Below, piece by piece: positions 26,342 to 39,722 of a stretch of 64,000 nucleotides of DNA. Source of the stretch: Eledone cirrhosa. Lineage: Eukaryota. The DNA lies in contig OZ024740.1 of the NCBI GenBank assembly GCA_964016885.1, positions 432,574,001 through 432,638,000 of the forward strand, read 5' to 3'. The notes under the pieces were generated by a model. The model was not told the DNA's origin, searched no databases, and worked only from the letters and a program-made list of their open reading frames with translations. Positions within the stretch are counted from its first letter, which is position 1. Every line of letters begins with the position of its first letter. A program made the translations under genes and the position numbers.

Positions 26342-26908
26342 GTATATATATATATGTATATATGTATATGTATATATGTATATGTATATGTGTATATATG
26401 TATATGTATATATGTGTATATATGTATATATATATATGTGTATATATGTATATATATATGTGTATATATGTATATATATATGTGTATATATGTATATATA
26501 TATGTATGTATATGTATGTATATGTATATATATATGTATATGTATATGTGTATATATATGTATATGTGTATATATATGTATATGTATATATATATGTATA
26601 TGTATATATATATGTATATATATGTATATATATATGTATATATATGTATATGTATATATATGTATATGTATATATATATGTATATATATGTATCTATATA
26701 TATATATATGTATATGTATATATATATGTATATATATGTATATGTATATATATATGTATATATATGTATCTGTATATATGTATATGTATATATGTGTATA
26801 TATGTATGTGTATATATGTGTGTATATGTATGTATATGTATATATATGTATATGTATATATGTGTATATGTATATATGTATATATGTATATATATATATA
26901 TATATATG

Positions 26909-26985
<77 letters not shown>

Positions 26986-27048
26986 ATATATATGTATATG
27001 TATATATATATGTATATATATATATATGTATATATATATGTGTATATA

Positions 27049-27081
<33 letters not shown>

Positions 27082-28141
27082 GTGTGTATATATATATATA
27101 TGTATGTGTATATATATATATATATATGTGTATATATATATATGTATATGTATATATACATGTATATGTATATATATATGTATATATATATGTATATATA
27201 TATGTATATATATATGTATATGTATATATATATGTATATGTATATATATATGTATATGTATATATATATGTATATGTATATATATATGTATATGTATATG
27301 TATATATATATGTATATATATATGTATATGTATATGTATATATATATGTATATATATATGTATATGTATATATATATGTATATATATATGTATATGTATA
27401 TATATATGTATATATATATATGTATATGTATATATATATATGTATATGTATATATATATGTATATATATATGTATATGTATATATATATGTATATGTATA
27501 TATATATGTATATGTATATATATATGTATATATATATATGTATATATATATGTATATGTATATGTATATATATATGTATATGTATATATATATGTATATG
27601 TATATATATATGTATATATATATGTGTATATATGTGTATATATATGTATATATGTGTATATATGTATATATATGTATATATGTATATATATATATATATG
27701 TATATATATATGTGTATATATGTGTATATATATGTATATATGTGTATATATGTATATATATGTATATATGTATATATATATATATATGTATATATATATG
27801 TATATATGTATATATATATATATATGTATATATATATGTATATATGTATATATATATATATATGTATATATATATGTATATATATGTATATATGTACATA
27901 TATGTATATATGTATATATATGTATATATGTATATATATGTATATATATATGTATATATGTATATATATATGTATATATATGTATATATATGTATATATG
28001 TATATATATGTATATATATGTATATATATGTATATATATGTATATGTATGTATATATGTATATATATGTATGTATATATGTATATATGTATGTATATATG
28101 TATGTATGTATGTATATATATATGTATATATATATGTATAT
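25914..28141. repeat. (TA)n/(TATG)n compound microsatellite, about 2.2 kb
   Basis: Seen directly; source of the spurious Y/I/M/H ORFs. Confidence 0.97.
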
Positions 28142-29232
<1,091 letters not shown>

Positions 29233-29560
29233 TTGTTATACTTGGGGAGGGTCATATTTGTGTAATATTGCCAGAATTAATAACAGAACACACTCACTGT
29301 TTGGTTGGTTTTCGCTTCTCGCTGTCTTTTATTATATCTGCGATCTAACTTTAATTTCGGTCCTCAATGTTGCCATTGACTGACCAACGGTCAAAAATAA
29401 TACAGATACAATATAGACACAAAACACATATATATAGTTTACATAATTTACATAAATCTTTCGTTGCACATCTGCAACATCGTCAGTGGTGTTATATTTT
29501 TTCCTCCTGTTATATATATACACATCTATATATATACATATATACATATATACATACATG

Positions 29561-29598
<38 letters not shown>

Positions 29599-29713
29599 GA
29601 TTTTGAGTTTATGTTGGTTGTATACCAACACCTCAGTATGCAGGCTGGAGCACTCGACGAAGTGCGCAGGTTGGTTTGGTTACTCCGGAGTAGTGTAAAA
29701 TAAAGTTAAATAA

Positions 29714-30119
29714 AAGTCAAATGATTAAAATTTAGCTTCGTTTATTACTGCTATATATATTTCAGTGACAGCCATCTTTGGCTGTGACCTCTTCAGGCAG
29801 TTTGAATTAGTATGGTATAGACAAGTACATATGTTGTTTAGGTGTATGATATTGTCAATACTCTGATATGCCCAGTTCCTTGTTGGGTTGTTAATTCACT
29901 GGGGAACTGGAGTCATATGACTCCAGTTCCCCAGTGAATTAACAACCCAACAAGGAACTGGGCATATCAGAGTATTGACAATATCATACACCTAAACAAC
30001 ATATGTACTTGTCTATACCATACTAATTCAAACTGCCTGAAGAGGTCACAGCCAAAGATGGCTGTCACTGAAATATATATAGCAGTAATAAACGAAGCTA
30101 AATTTTAATCATTTGACTT
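29714..30119. repeat. Perfect palindrome with 203-bp arms running into the gap; Penelope-like terminus
   Basis: Centre CAT|ATG at 29916/29917; each arm carries a hammerhead. Confidence 0.9.
30032..30086 (+). ncRNA. Minimal type-I hammerhead ribozyme (mirror copy 29747-29801, - strand)
   Basis: Stem I ACTGC/GCAGT; CTGAAGA; stem II ggtcacagcca/tggctgtcact; GAAA-T-ATAT-A-TA; AATAAA follows. Confidence 0.85.
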
Positions 30120-30319
30120 NNNNNNNNNNNNNNNNNNNNNNNNNNNNNNNNNNNNNNNNNNNNNNNNNNNNNNNNNNNNNNNNNNNNNNNNNNNNNNNNN
30201 NNNNNNNNNNNNNNNNNNNNNNNNNNNNNNNNNNNNNNNNNNNNNNNNNNNNNNNNNNNNNNNNNNNNNNNNNNNNNNNNNNNNNNNNNNNNNNNNNNNN
30301 NNNNNNNNNNNNNNNNNNN
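30120..30319. other. Assembly gap (200 N)
   Basis: N run. Confidence 1.
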
Positions 30320-33300
30320 GCAGTGCTATGTAGTAGTGTAGTGTAGTGTAGCAGTGGCTATGTAGTAGTGTAGTGTAGTGTAGCAGTGGCTATGTAGTAG
30401 TGTAGTGTAGTGTAGCAGTGGCTATGGTAGCAGTGGCTATGTAGTAGTGTAGTGTAGCAGTGGCTATGTAGTAGTGTAGTGTAGCAGTGGCTATGTACTA
30501 GTAGTGTAGTGTAGCAGTGGCTATGTAGTAGTGTAGTGTAGCAGTGGCTATGTAGTAGTGTAGTGTAGCAGTGGCTATGTAGTAGTGTAGTGTAGCAGTG
30601 GCTATGTAGTAGTGTAGTGTAGCAGTGGCTATGTAGTAGTGTAGTGTAGCAGTGGCTATGTAGTAGTGTAGTGTAGTGTAGCAGTGGCTATGTAGTAGTG
30701 TAGTGTAGTGTAGCAGTGGCTATGTAGTAGTGTAGTGTAGTGTAGCAGTGGCTATGTAGTAGTGTAGTGTAGCAGTGGCTATGTAGTAGTGTAGTGTAGC
30801 AGTGGCTATGTAGTAGTGTAGTGTAGTGTAGCAGTGGCTATGTAGTAGTGTAGTGTAACAGTGGCTATGTAGTAGTGTAGTGTAGCAGTGGCTATGTAGT
30901 AGTGTAGTGTAGTGTAGCAGTGGCTATGTAGTAGTGTAGTGTAACAGTGGCTATGTAGTAGTGTAGTGTAGCAGTAGCTATGTAGTAGTGGAGTGTAGTG
31001 TAGCAGTGGCTATGTAGTAGTGAAGTGTAGCAGTGGCTATGTAGTAGTGTAGTGTAGCAGTGGCTATGTAGTAGTGTAGTGTAGCAGTGGCTATGTAGTA
31101 GTGTAGTGTAGCAGTGGCTATGTAGTAGTGTAGTGTAGCAGTGGCTATGTAGTAGTGTAGTGTAGCAGTGGCTATGTAGTAGTGTAGTGTAGTGTAGCAG
31201 TGGCTATGTAGTAGTGTAGTGTAGTGTAGCAGTGGCTATGTAGTAGTGTAGTGTAGTGTAGCAGTGGCTATGTAGTAGTGTAGTGTAGCAGTGGCTATGT
31301 AGTAGTGGAGTGTAGTGTAGCAGTGGCTATGTAGTAGTGTAGTGTAGTGTAGCAGTGGCTATGTAGTAGTGGAGTGTAGTGTAGCAGTGGCTATGTAGTA
31401 GTGGAGTGTAGTGTAGCAGTGGCTATGTAGTAGTGTAGTGTAGCAGTGGCTATGTAGTAGTGTAGTGTAGCAGTGGCTATGTAGTAGTGTAGTGTAGTGT
31501 AGCAGTGGCTATGTAGTAGTGTAGTGTAGCAGTGGCTATGTAGTAGTGGAGTGTAGTGTAGCAGTGGCTATGTAGTAGTGTAGTGTAGCAGTGGCTATGT
31601 AGTAGTGGAGTGTAGTGTAGCAGTGGCTATGTAGTAGTGTAGTGTAGTGTAGCAGTGGCTATGTAGTAGTGGAGTGTAGTGTAGCAGTGGCTATGTAGTA
31701 GTGTAGTGTAGTGTAGCAGTGGCTATGTAGTAGTGTAGTGTAGCAGTGGCTATGTAGTAGTGTAGTGTAGCAGTGGCTATGTAGTAGTGTAGTGTAGCAG
31801 TGGCTATGTAGTAGTGTAGTGTAGCAGTGGCTATGTAGTAGTGTAGTGTAGTGTAGCAGTGGCTATGTAGTAGTGTAGTGTAGTGTAGCAGTGGCTATGT
31901 AGTAGTGTAGTGTAGTGTAGCAGTGGCTATGTAGTAGTGTAGTGTAGCAGTGGCTATGTAGTAGTGGAGTGTAGTGTAGCAGTGGCTATGTAGTAGTGTA
32001 GTGTAGTGTAGCAGTGGCTATGTAGTAGTGGAGTGTAGTGTAGCAGTGGCTATGTAGTAGTGTAGTGTAGTGTAGCAGTGGCTATGTAGTAGTGTAGTGT
32101 AGCAGTGGCTATGTAGTAGTGTAGTGTAGCAGTGGCTATGTAGTAGTGTAGTGTAGTGTAGCAGTGGCTATGTAGTAGTGTAGTGTAGTGTAGCAGTGGC
32201 TATGTAGTAGTGTAGTGTAGTGTAGCAGTGGCTATGTAGTAGTGTAGTGTAGCAGTGGCTATGTAGTAGTGGAGTGTAGTGTAGCAGTGGCTATGTAGTA
32301 GTGTAGTGTAGTGTAGCAGTGGCTATGTAGTAGTGGAGTGTAGTGTAGCAGTGGCTATGTAGTAGTGTAGTGTAGTGTAGCAGTGGCTATGTAGTAGTGT
32401 AGTGTAGCAGTGGCTATGTAGTAGTGTAGTGTAGCAGTGGCTATGTAGTAGTGTAGTGTAGTGTAGCAGTGGCTATGTAGTAGTGTAGTGTAGTGTAGCA
32501 GTGGCTATGTAGTAGTGTAGTGTAGTGTAGCAGTGGCTATGTAGTAGTGTAGTGTAGCAGTGGCTATGTAGTAGTGGAGTGTAGTGTAGCAGTGGCTATG
32601 TAGTAGTGTAGTGTAGCAGTGGCTATGTAGTAGTGTAGTGTAGCAGTGGCTATGTAGTAGTGTAGTGTAGCAGTGGCTATGTAGTAGTGTAGTGTAGCAG
32701 TGGCTATGTAGTAGTGTAGTGTAGCAGTGGCTATGTAGTAGTGTAGTGTAGCAGTGGCTATGTACTAGTAGTGTAGTGTAGCAGTGGCCATGTAGTAGTG
32801 TAGTGTAGCAGTGGCTATGTAGTAGTGTAGTGTAGCAGTGGCTATGTAGTAGTGTAGTGTAGCAGTGGCTATGTAGTAGTGTAGTGTAGCAGTGGCTATG
32901 TAGTAGTGTAGTGTAGCAGTGGCTATGTAGTAGTGTAGTGTAACAGTGGCTATGTAGCAGTGGCTATGTAGTAGTGTAGTGTAGCAGTGGCTATGTAGTA
33001 GTGTAGTGTAGTGTAGCAGTGGCTATGTAGTAGTGTAGTGTAGTGTAGCAGTGGCTATGTAGCAGTGGCTATGTAGTAGTGTAGTGTAGCAGTGGCTATG
33101 TAGTAGTGTAGTGTAGCAGTGGCTATGTACTAGTAGTGTAGTGTAGCAGTGGCTATGTAGTAGTGTAGTGTAGCAGTGGCTATGTAGTAGTGTAGTGTAG
33201 CAGTGGCTATGTAGTAGTGTAGTGTAGCAGTGGCTATGTAGTAGTGTAGTGTAGCAGTGGCTATGTAGTAGTGTAGTGTAGCAGTGGCTATGTAGTAGTG

Positions 33301-33594
33301 TAGTGTAGTGTAGCAGTGGCTATGTAGTAGTGTAGTGTAGTGTAGCAGTGGCTATGTAGTAGTGTAGTGTAGCAGTGGCTATGTAGTAGTGTAGTGTAGC
33401 AGTGGCTATGTACTAGTAGTGTAGTGTAGCAGTGGCTATGTACTAGTAGTGTAGTGTAGCAGTGGCTATGTAGTAGTGTAGTGTAGCAGTGGCTATGTAG
33501 TAGTGTAGTGTAGCAGTGGCTATGTAGTAGTGTAGTGTAGCAGTAGCTATGTAGTAGTGTAGTGTAGCAGTGGCTATGTACTAGTAGTGTAGTG
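30320..33594. repeat. 27/32-bp minisatellite (gcagtggctatgtagtagtgtagtgta)n
   Basis: Seen directly; unit length varies by a 5-bp GTGTA. Confidence 0.97.
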
Positions 33595-36500
33595 TTAAGG
33601 GTGTTGTGGAGGGGTGTGGTGTAGTGGTACGGGTGTTGTGGAGGGGTGTGGTGTAGTGGTACGGGTGTTGTGGAGGGGTGTGGTGTAGTGGTAAGGGTGT
33701 TGTGGAGGGGTGTGGTGTAGTGGTAAGGGTGTTGTGGAGGTGTGTGGTGTAGTGGTAAGGGTGTTGTGGAGGGGTGTGGTGTAGTGGTACGGGTGTTGTG
33801 GAGGGGTGTGGTGTAGTGGTAAGGGTGTTCTGTGGCGGTGTGTGGTGTAGTGTTAAGGGTGTTGTGGAGGGGTGTGGTGTAGTGGTACGGGTGTTGTGGA
33901 GGGGTGTGGTGTAGTGGTACGGGTGTTGTGGAGGGGTGTGGTGTAGTGGTAAGGGTGTTGTGGAGGGGTGTGGTGTAGTGGTACGGGTGTTGTGGAGGGG
34001 TGTGGTGTAGTGGTAAGGGTGTTCTGTGGCGGTGTGTGGTGTAGTGGTAAGGGTGTTGTGGAGGTGTGTGGTGTAGTGGTAAGGGTGTTGTAGAGGTGTG
34101 TGGTGTAGTGGTACGGGTGTTGTGGAGGTGTGTGGTGTAGTGGTAAGGGTGTTGTGGAGGGGTGTGGTGTAGTGGTAAGGGTGTTGTACAGGGGTTTGGT
34201 GTAGTGGTAAGGGTGTGGTGTAGTGGTAAGGGTGTTGTGGAGGGGTGTGGTGTAATGGTAAGGGTGTTGTGGAGGGGTGTGGTGTAGTGGTAAGGGTGTT
34301 GTGGAGGTGTGTGGTGTAGTGGTAAGGGTGTTCTGTGGTGGGGTGGGGTGTAATGGTAAGGGTGTTGTGGAGGGGTGTGGTGTAGTGGTAAGGGTGTTGT
34401 GGAGGGGTGTGGTGTAGTGGTAAGGGTGTTGTGGAGGGGTGTGGTGTAGTGGTAAGGGTGTTCTGTGGTGGGGTGGGGTGTAATGGTAAGGGTGTTGTGG
34501 AGGGGTGTGGTGTAGTGGTAAGGGTGTTCTGTGGTGGGGTGGGGTGTAATGGTAAGGGTGTTGTGGAGGGGTGTGGTGTAGTGGTAAGGGTGTTGTGGAG
34601 GGGTGTGGTGTAGTGGTAAGGGTGTTCTGTGGTGGGGTGGGGTGTAATGGTAAGGGTGTTGTGGAGGGGTGTGGTGTAGTGGTAAGGGTGTTCTGTGGTG
34701 GGGTGGGGTGTAATGGTAAGGGTGTTGTGGAGGGGTGTGGTGTAGTGGTAAGGGTGTTCTGTGGAGGGGTGTGGTGTAGTGGTAAGGGTGTTGTGGAGGG
34801 GTGTGGTGTAGTGGTAAGGGTGTTCTGTGGTGGGGTGGGGTGTAATGGTAAGGGTGTTGTGGAGGGGTGTGGTGTAGTGGTAAGGGTGTTCTGTGGTGGG
34901 GTGGGGTGTAATGGTAAGGGTGTTGTGGAGGGGTGTGGTGTAGTGGTAAGGGTGTTGTGGAGGGGTGTGGTGTAGTGGTAAGGGTGTTGTGGAGGTGTGT
35001 GGTGTAGTGGTAAGGGTGTTGTGGAGGTGTGTGGTGTAGTGGTAAGGGTGTTGTGGAGGGGTGTGGTGTAGTGGTAAGGGTGTTCTGTGGTGGGGTGGGG
35101 TGTAATGGTAAGGGTGTTGTGGAGGGGTGTGGTGTAGTGGTAAGGGTGTTGTGGAGGGGTGTGGTGTAGTGGTAAGGGTGTTGTGGAGGTGTGTGGTGTA
35201 GTGGTAAGGGTGTTGTGGAGGGGTGTGGTGTAGTGGTAAGGGTGTTGTGGAGGTGTGTGGTGTAGTGGTAAGGGTGTTGTGGAGGGGTGTGGTGTAGTGG
35301 TAAGGGTGTTGTGGAGGTGTGTGGTGTAGTGGTAAGGGTGTTCTGTGGAGGGGTGTGGTGTAGTGGTAAGGGTGTTGTGGAGGTGTGTGGTAAGGGTGTT
35401 GTGGAGGGGTGTGGTGTAGTGGTAAGGGTGTTGTGGAGGGTTGTGGTGTAGTGGTAAGGGTGTGGTGTAGTGGTAAGGGTGTTGTGGAGGGGTGTGGTGT
35501 AGTGGTAAGGGTGTTGTGTGGAGGGGTGTGGTGTAGTGGTAAGGGTGTTGTGGAGGTGTGTGGTAAGGGTGTTGTGGAGGGGTGTGGTGTAGTGGTAAGG
35601 GTGTTGTGGAGGGGTGTGGTGTAGTGGTAAGGGTGTTGTGGAGGTGTGTGGTGTAGTGGTAAGGGTGTTCTGTGGAGGGGTGTGGTGTAGTGGTAAGGGT
35701 GTTGTGGAGGTGTGTGGTAAGGGTGTTGTGGAGGGGTGTGGTGTAGTGGTAAGGGTGTTGTGGAGGGTTGTGGTGTAGTGGTAAGGGTGTGGTGTAGTGG
35801 TAAGGGTGTTGTGGAGGTGTGTGGTCTAGTGGTAAGGGTGTTCTGTGGAGGTGTGTGGTGTAGTTGTAAGGGTGTTGTGTGGAGGGGTGTGGTGTAGTGG
35901 TAAGGGTGTTGTGGAGGTGTGTGGTAAGGGTGTTGTGGAGGGGTGTGGTGTAGTGGTAAGGGTGTTGTGGAGGTGTGTGGTAAGGGTGTTGTGGAGGGGT
36001 GTGGTGTAGTGGTAAGGGTGTTGTGGAGGGTTGTGGTGTAGTGGTAAGGGTGTTCTGCGGAGGGGTGTGGAGTAGTGGTAAGGGTGTTGTGGAGGTGTGT
36101 GGTAAGGGTGTTGTGGAGGGGTGTGGTGTAGTGGTAAGGGTGTTGTGTGGAGGGGTGTGGTGTAGTGGTAAGGGTGTTGTGGAGGTGTGTGGTAAGGGTG
36201 TTGTGGAGGGGTGTGGTGTAGTGGTAAGGGTGTTGTGGAGGGGTGTTGTGTAGTAATAAGGGTGTTGTGGAGGGTTGTGGTGTAGTGGTAAGGGTGTTCT
36301 GCGGAGGGGTGTGGAGTAGTGGTAAGGGTGTTGTGGAGGGGTGTGGTGTAGTGGTAAGGGTGTTGTGGAGGGGTGTGGTGTAGTGGTAAGGGTGTTGTGG
36401 AGGGGTGTGGTGTAGTGGTACGGGTGTTGTGGAGGTGTGTGGTAAGGGTGTTGTGGAGGGGTGTGGTGTAGTGGTAAGGGTGTTGTGGAGGTGTGTGGTA

Positions 36501-38189
36501 AGGGTGTTGTGGAGGGGTGTTGTGTAGTAATAAGGGTGTGGTGTAGAGGTAAGGGTGTTGTGGAGGGGTGTGGTGTAGTGGTAAGGGTGTTGTGGAGGGG
36601 TGTGGTGTAGTGGTAAGGGTGTGGTGTAGTGGTAAGGGTGTTGTGGAGGGGTGTGGTGTAGTGGTAAGGGTGTTGTGGAGGGGTGTGGTGTAGTGGTCAG
36701 GGTGTTGTGGAGGGGTGTGGTGTAGTGGTAAGGGTGTTGTGGAGGGGTGTGGTGTAGTGGTAAGGGTGTTGTGGAGGGGTGTGGTGTAGTGGTAAGGGTG
36801 TGGTGTAGAGGTAAGGGTGTTATGGAGGGGTGTGGTGTAGAGGTAAGGGTGTTGTGGAGGGGTGTGGTGTAGTGGTCAGGGTGTTGTGGAGGGGTGTGGT
36901 GTAGTGGTAAGGGTGTGGTGTAGAGGTAAGGGTGTTGTGGAGGGGTGTGGTGTAGAGGTAAGGGTGTTGTGGAGGGGTGTGGTGTAGTGGTCAGGGTGTT
37001 GTGGAGGGGTGTGGTGTAGTGGTAAGGGTGTGGTGTAGAGGTAAGGGTGTTGTGGAGGGGTGTGGTGTAGAGGTAAGGGTGTTGTGGAGGGGTGTGGTGT
37101 AGTGGTCAGGGTGTTGTGGAGGGGTGTGGTGTAGAGGTAAGGATGTTGTGGAGGGGTGTGGTGTAGTGGTAAGGGTGTTCTGCGGAGGGGTGTGGAGTAG
37201 TGGTAAGGGTGTTGTGGAGGGGTGTGGTGTAGTGGTAAGGGTGTTGTGGAGGGGTGTGGTGTAGTGGTAAGGGTGTTGTGGAGGGGTGTGGTGTAGTGGT
37301 AAGGGTGTTGTGGAGGTGTGTGGTAAGGGTGTTGTGGAGGGGTGTGGTGTAGTGGTAAGGGTGTTGTGGAGGTGTGTGGTAAGGGTGTTGTGGAGGGGTG
37401 TTGTGTAGTAATAAGGGTGTGGTGTAGAGGTAAGGGTGTTGTGGAGGGGTGTGGTGTAGTGGTAAGGGTGTTGTGGAGGGGTGTGGTGTAGTGGTAAGGG
37501 TGTGGTGTAGTGGTAAGGGTGTTGTGGAGGGGTGTGGTGTAGTGGTAAGGGTGTTGTGGAGGGGTGTGGTGTAGTGGTCAGGGTGTTGTGGAGGGGTGTG
37601 GTGTAGTGGTAAGGGTGTTGTGGAGGGGTGTGGTGTAGTGGTAAGGGTGTTGTGGAGGGGTGTGGTGTAGTGGTAAGGGTGTGGTGTAGAGGTAAGGGTG
37701 TTATGGAGGGGTGTGGTGTAGAGGTAAGGGTGTTGTGGAGGGGTGTGGTGTAGTGGTCAGGGTGTTGTGGAGGGGTGTGGTGTAGTGGTAAGGGTGTGGT
37801 GTAGAGGTAAGGGTGTTGTGGAGGGGTGTGGTGTAGAGGTAAGGGTGTTGTGGAGGGGTGTGGTGTAGTGGTCAGGGTGTTGTGGAGGGGTGTGGTGTAG
37901 TGGTAAGGGTGTGGTGTAGAGGTAAGGGTGTTGTGGAGGGGTGTGGTGTAGAGGTAAGGGTGTTGTGGAGGGGTGTGGTGTAGTGGTCAGGGTGTTGTGG
38001 AGGGGTGTGGTGTAGAGGTAAGGATGTTGTGGAGGGGTGTGGTGTAGAGGTAAGGGTGTTGTGGAGGGGTGTGGTGTAGAGGTAAGGATGTTGTGGAGGG
38101 GTGTGGTGTAGAGGTAAGGATGTTGTGGAGGGGTGTGGTGTAGAGGTAAGGGTGTTGTGGAGGGGTGTGGTGTAGAGGTAAGGGTGTTG
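33595..38189. repeat. 32-bp G-rich minisatellite (gtgttgtggaggggtgtggtgtagtggtaagg)n, apparently an amplified SINE head
   Basis: Seen directly; the unit contains the A-box-like TGGTGTAGTGG and the array runs into a SINE body. Confidence 0.95.
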
Positions 38190-38412
38190 AACTTTAGACT
38201 GGATTGTGTGTTGTTTTCTTGAGGAAAATACTTCATTTACTGTTGCTCCAGTATCGTCAATTTAAAATGAGTTCCAGCAATATGCCGGGGTTTAATCCAG
38301 TGATAGACCAACGTACTGCCCAGCGAGCTCCCTTGTATTCTCAGTCGTTTAACACCAGGGAAACCGGGATAGGCACCAACCTGATGAACCTCCAGACTTG
38401 AGACAGACTTTA
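38160..38412 (+). mobile_element. Degenerate CORE-like SINE whose head is the last satellite unit
   Basis: gtgttgttttcttgaggaaaatacttc...ttgctccagt; similar to 16998-17272. Confidence 0.65.
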
Positions 38413-38445
38413 GACTTCTAGAATGAAGAATATAACTATTTATAA

Positions 38446-38699
38446 GTTGTTGTTGTTACAGCTCACACCTATGCAGATTTAGTTGGCCTCCTCCAAGGTA
38501 TATCTCGTTGGAGGTGTCTTAGATGATTTAATGATAGGGATCCCAGTCCTATCATCTCATTTCTACAGCTGAGTAAACTGGAGCAACGTGAAATAAAGTG
38601 TCTTGCTCAAGGAAACAACACATCACCCGGTCTGAGAATTGAACTCACAACCTTTCGATTGCAAGCCCAATGCTCTAACCACTAAGCCATGCTCCTTCA
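38446..38699 (-). mobile_element. tRNA-head CORE-like SINE with (ACA)n tail
   Basis: 38530-38692 is a near-identical reverse complement of 28146-28310. Confidence 0.8.
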
Positions 38700-38801
38700 T
38701 TTATAAGTACTCCAAAGAGGCTCCTCTTTTAGGAATTTTTACCGAGAGAAAGAAATGACTTTTTAAAGTCTGTACAAAGAAATAAAAGATAAATACTTTA
38801 C

Positions 38802-38864
38802 CTGTAGTATCTTCATATCTTGTTTTAATTTTGACACCAAAGATTCAGCTTTTGTTGCCCGAAG
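38802..38864 (-). CDS. ENTR1: ENTR1/SDCCAG3-like coding exon
   Basis: tttcgtAG acceptor and GTAAAG donor; 63 nt encoding LRATKAESLVSKLKQDMKILQ (remembered human KRAVKAENHVVKLKQEISLLQ); in frame with the 42180-42291 exon. Confidence 0.8.
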
Positions 38865-39041
38865 CTACGAAATATCAATTGATTACAATTGGTAATGATT
38901 TAGTGATGAGAACAGGACTGGATTTATGGGGGGAAAATGTCCTGAGCCTCCCTCATCACAGCTCTTTCTTCTCCCTCCTTCCCTCTTCCTGCTTATGTGT
39001 GTGTGTATACATACACACACACAAATATATATATATATATA

Positions 39042-39414
39042 TACAATATTAAATAAATGGAAACTATATTTATAAAACCATATTTATTTCATTATATATA
39101 TTTCGGGGATATCATATTAACAATATGCTATGCCTTCCTCAGACAAAATACAATATAAACAGTTTTATAGATAAATATATTCGACATACCGTAACAACAC
39201 CGACTTGCATTTGAAGAGGTTGAACTGCCAGTTCAACCTCTTCAAATGCAAGTCGGTGTTGTTACGGTATGTCGAATATATTTATCTATAAAACTGTTTA
39301 TATTGTATTTTGTCTGAGGAAGGCATAGCATATTGTTAATATGATATCCCCGAAATATATATAATGAAATAAATATGGTTTTATAAATATAGTTTCCATT
39401 TATTTAATATTGTA
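39042..39414. repeat. Perfect palindrome with 186-bp arms and a 1-nt spacer (39228); Penelope-like terminus
   Basis: Arms match base for base where checked; each carries a hammerhead. Confidence 0.9.
39306..39371 (+). ncRNA. Minimal type-I hammerhead ribozyme (mirror copy 39085-39150, - strand)
   Basis: Stem I TATTTTGT/ATGAAATA (two G-U pairs); CTGAGGA; imperfect stem II; GAAA-T-ATAT-A-TA. Confidence 0.75.
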
Positions 39415-39499
39415 AATATACTCCAAATATTTGTCGAGTGCTTTTATATCAGTTATAAATATTTACTAGTTGTAACCCAACAATTTTAAATATAACTTT

Positions 39500-39534
<35 letters not shown>

Positions 39535-39538
<4 letters not shown>

Positions 39539-39722
39539 AGGTGAGTTTTATTGTAGTACAATAAAGCAATGCAGATATCAGATAAGAAGCACTCTACAGT
39601 TTGTAGGACTGGAGTATACATAATATATAAGATCAAAAGATGGTTAAATGAGTTCCATATGTTTTTGAAATGCGCATAATAAAATACATGGAACTCATTT
39701 AACCATCTTTTGATCTTATATA
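39535..39722. mobile_element. Inverted/truncated copy of the 25.7-kb and 60.6-kb Penelope-like terminus
   Basis: Internal inverted repeat 39626-39658/39688-39720; keeps only the GAAATGCGCATAATAAAATA half of the hammerhead. Confidence 0.75.

Noticed and set aside
30320-38236. CRISPR-like or coding interpretation of the regular arrays and their ORFs
   Set aside because: No unique spacers and no cas genes; eukaryotic minisatellites; the ORFs are repeat translations
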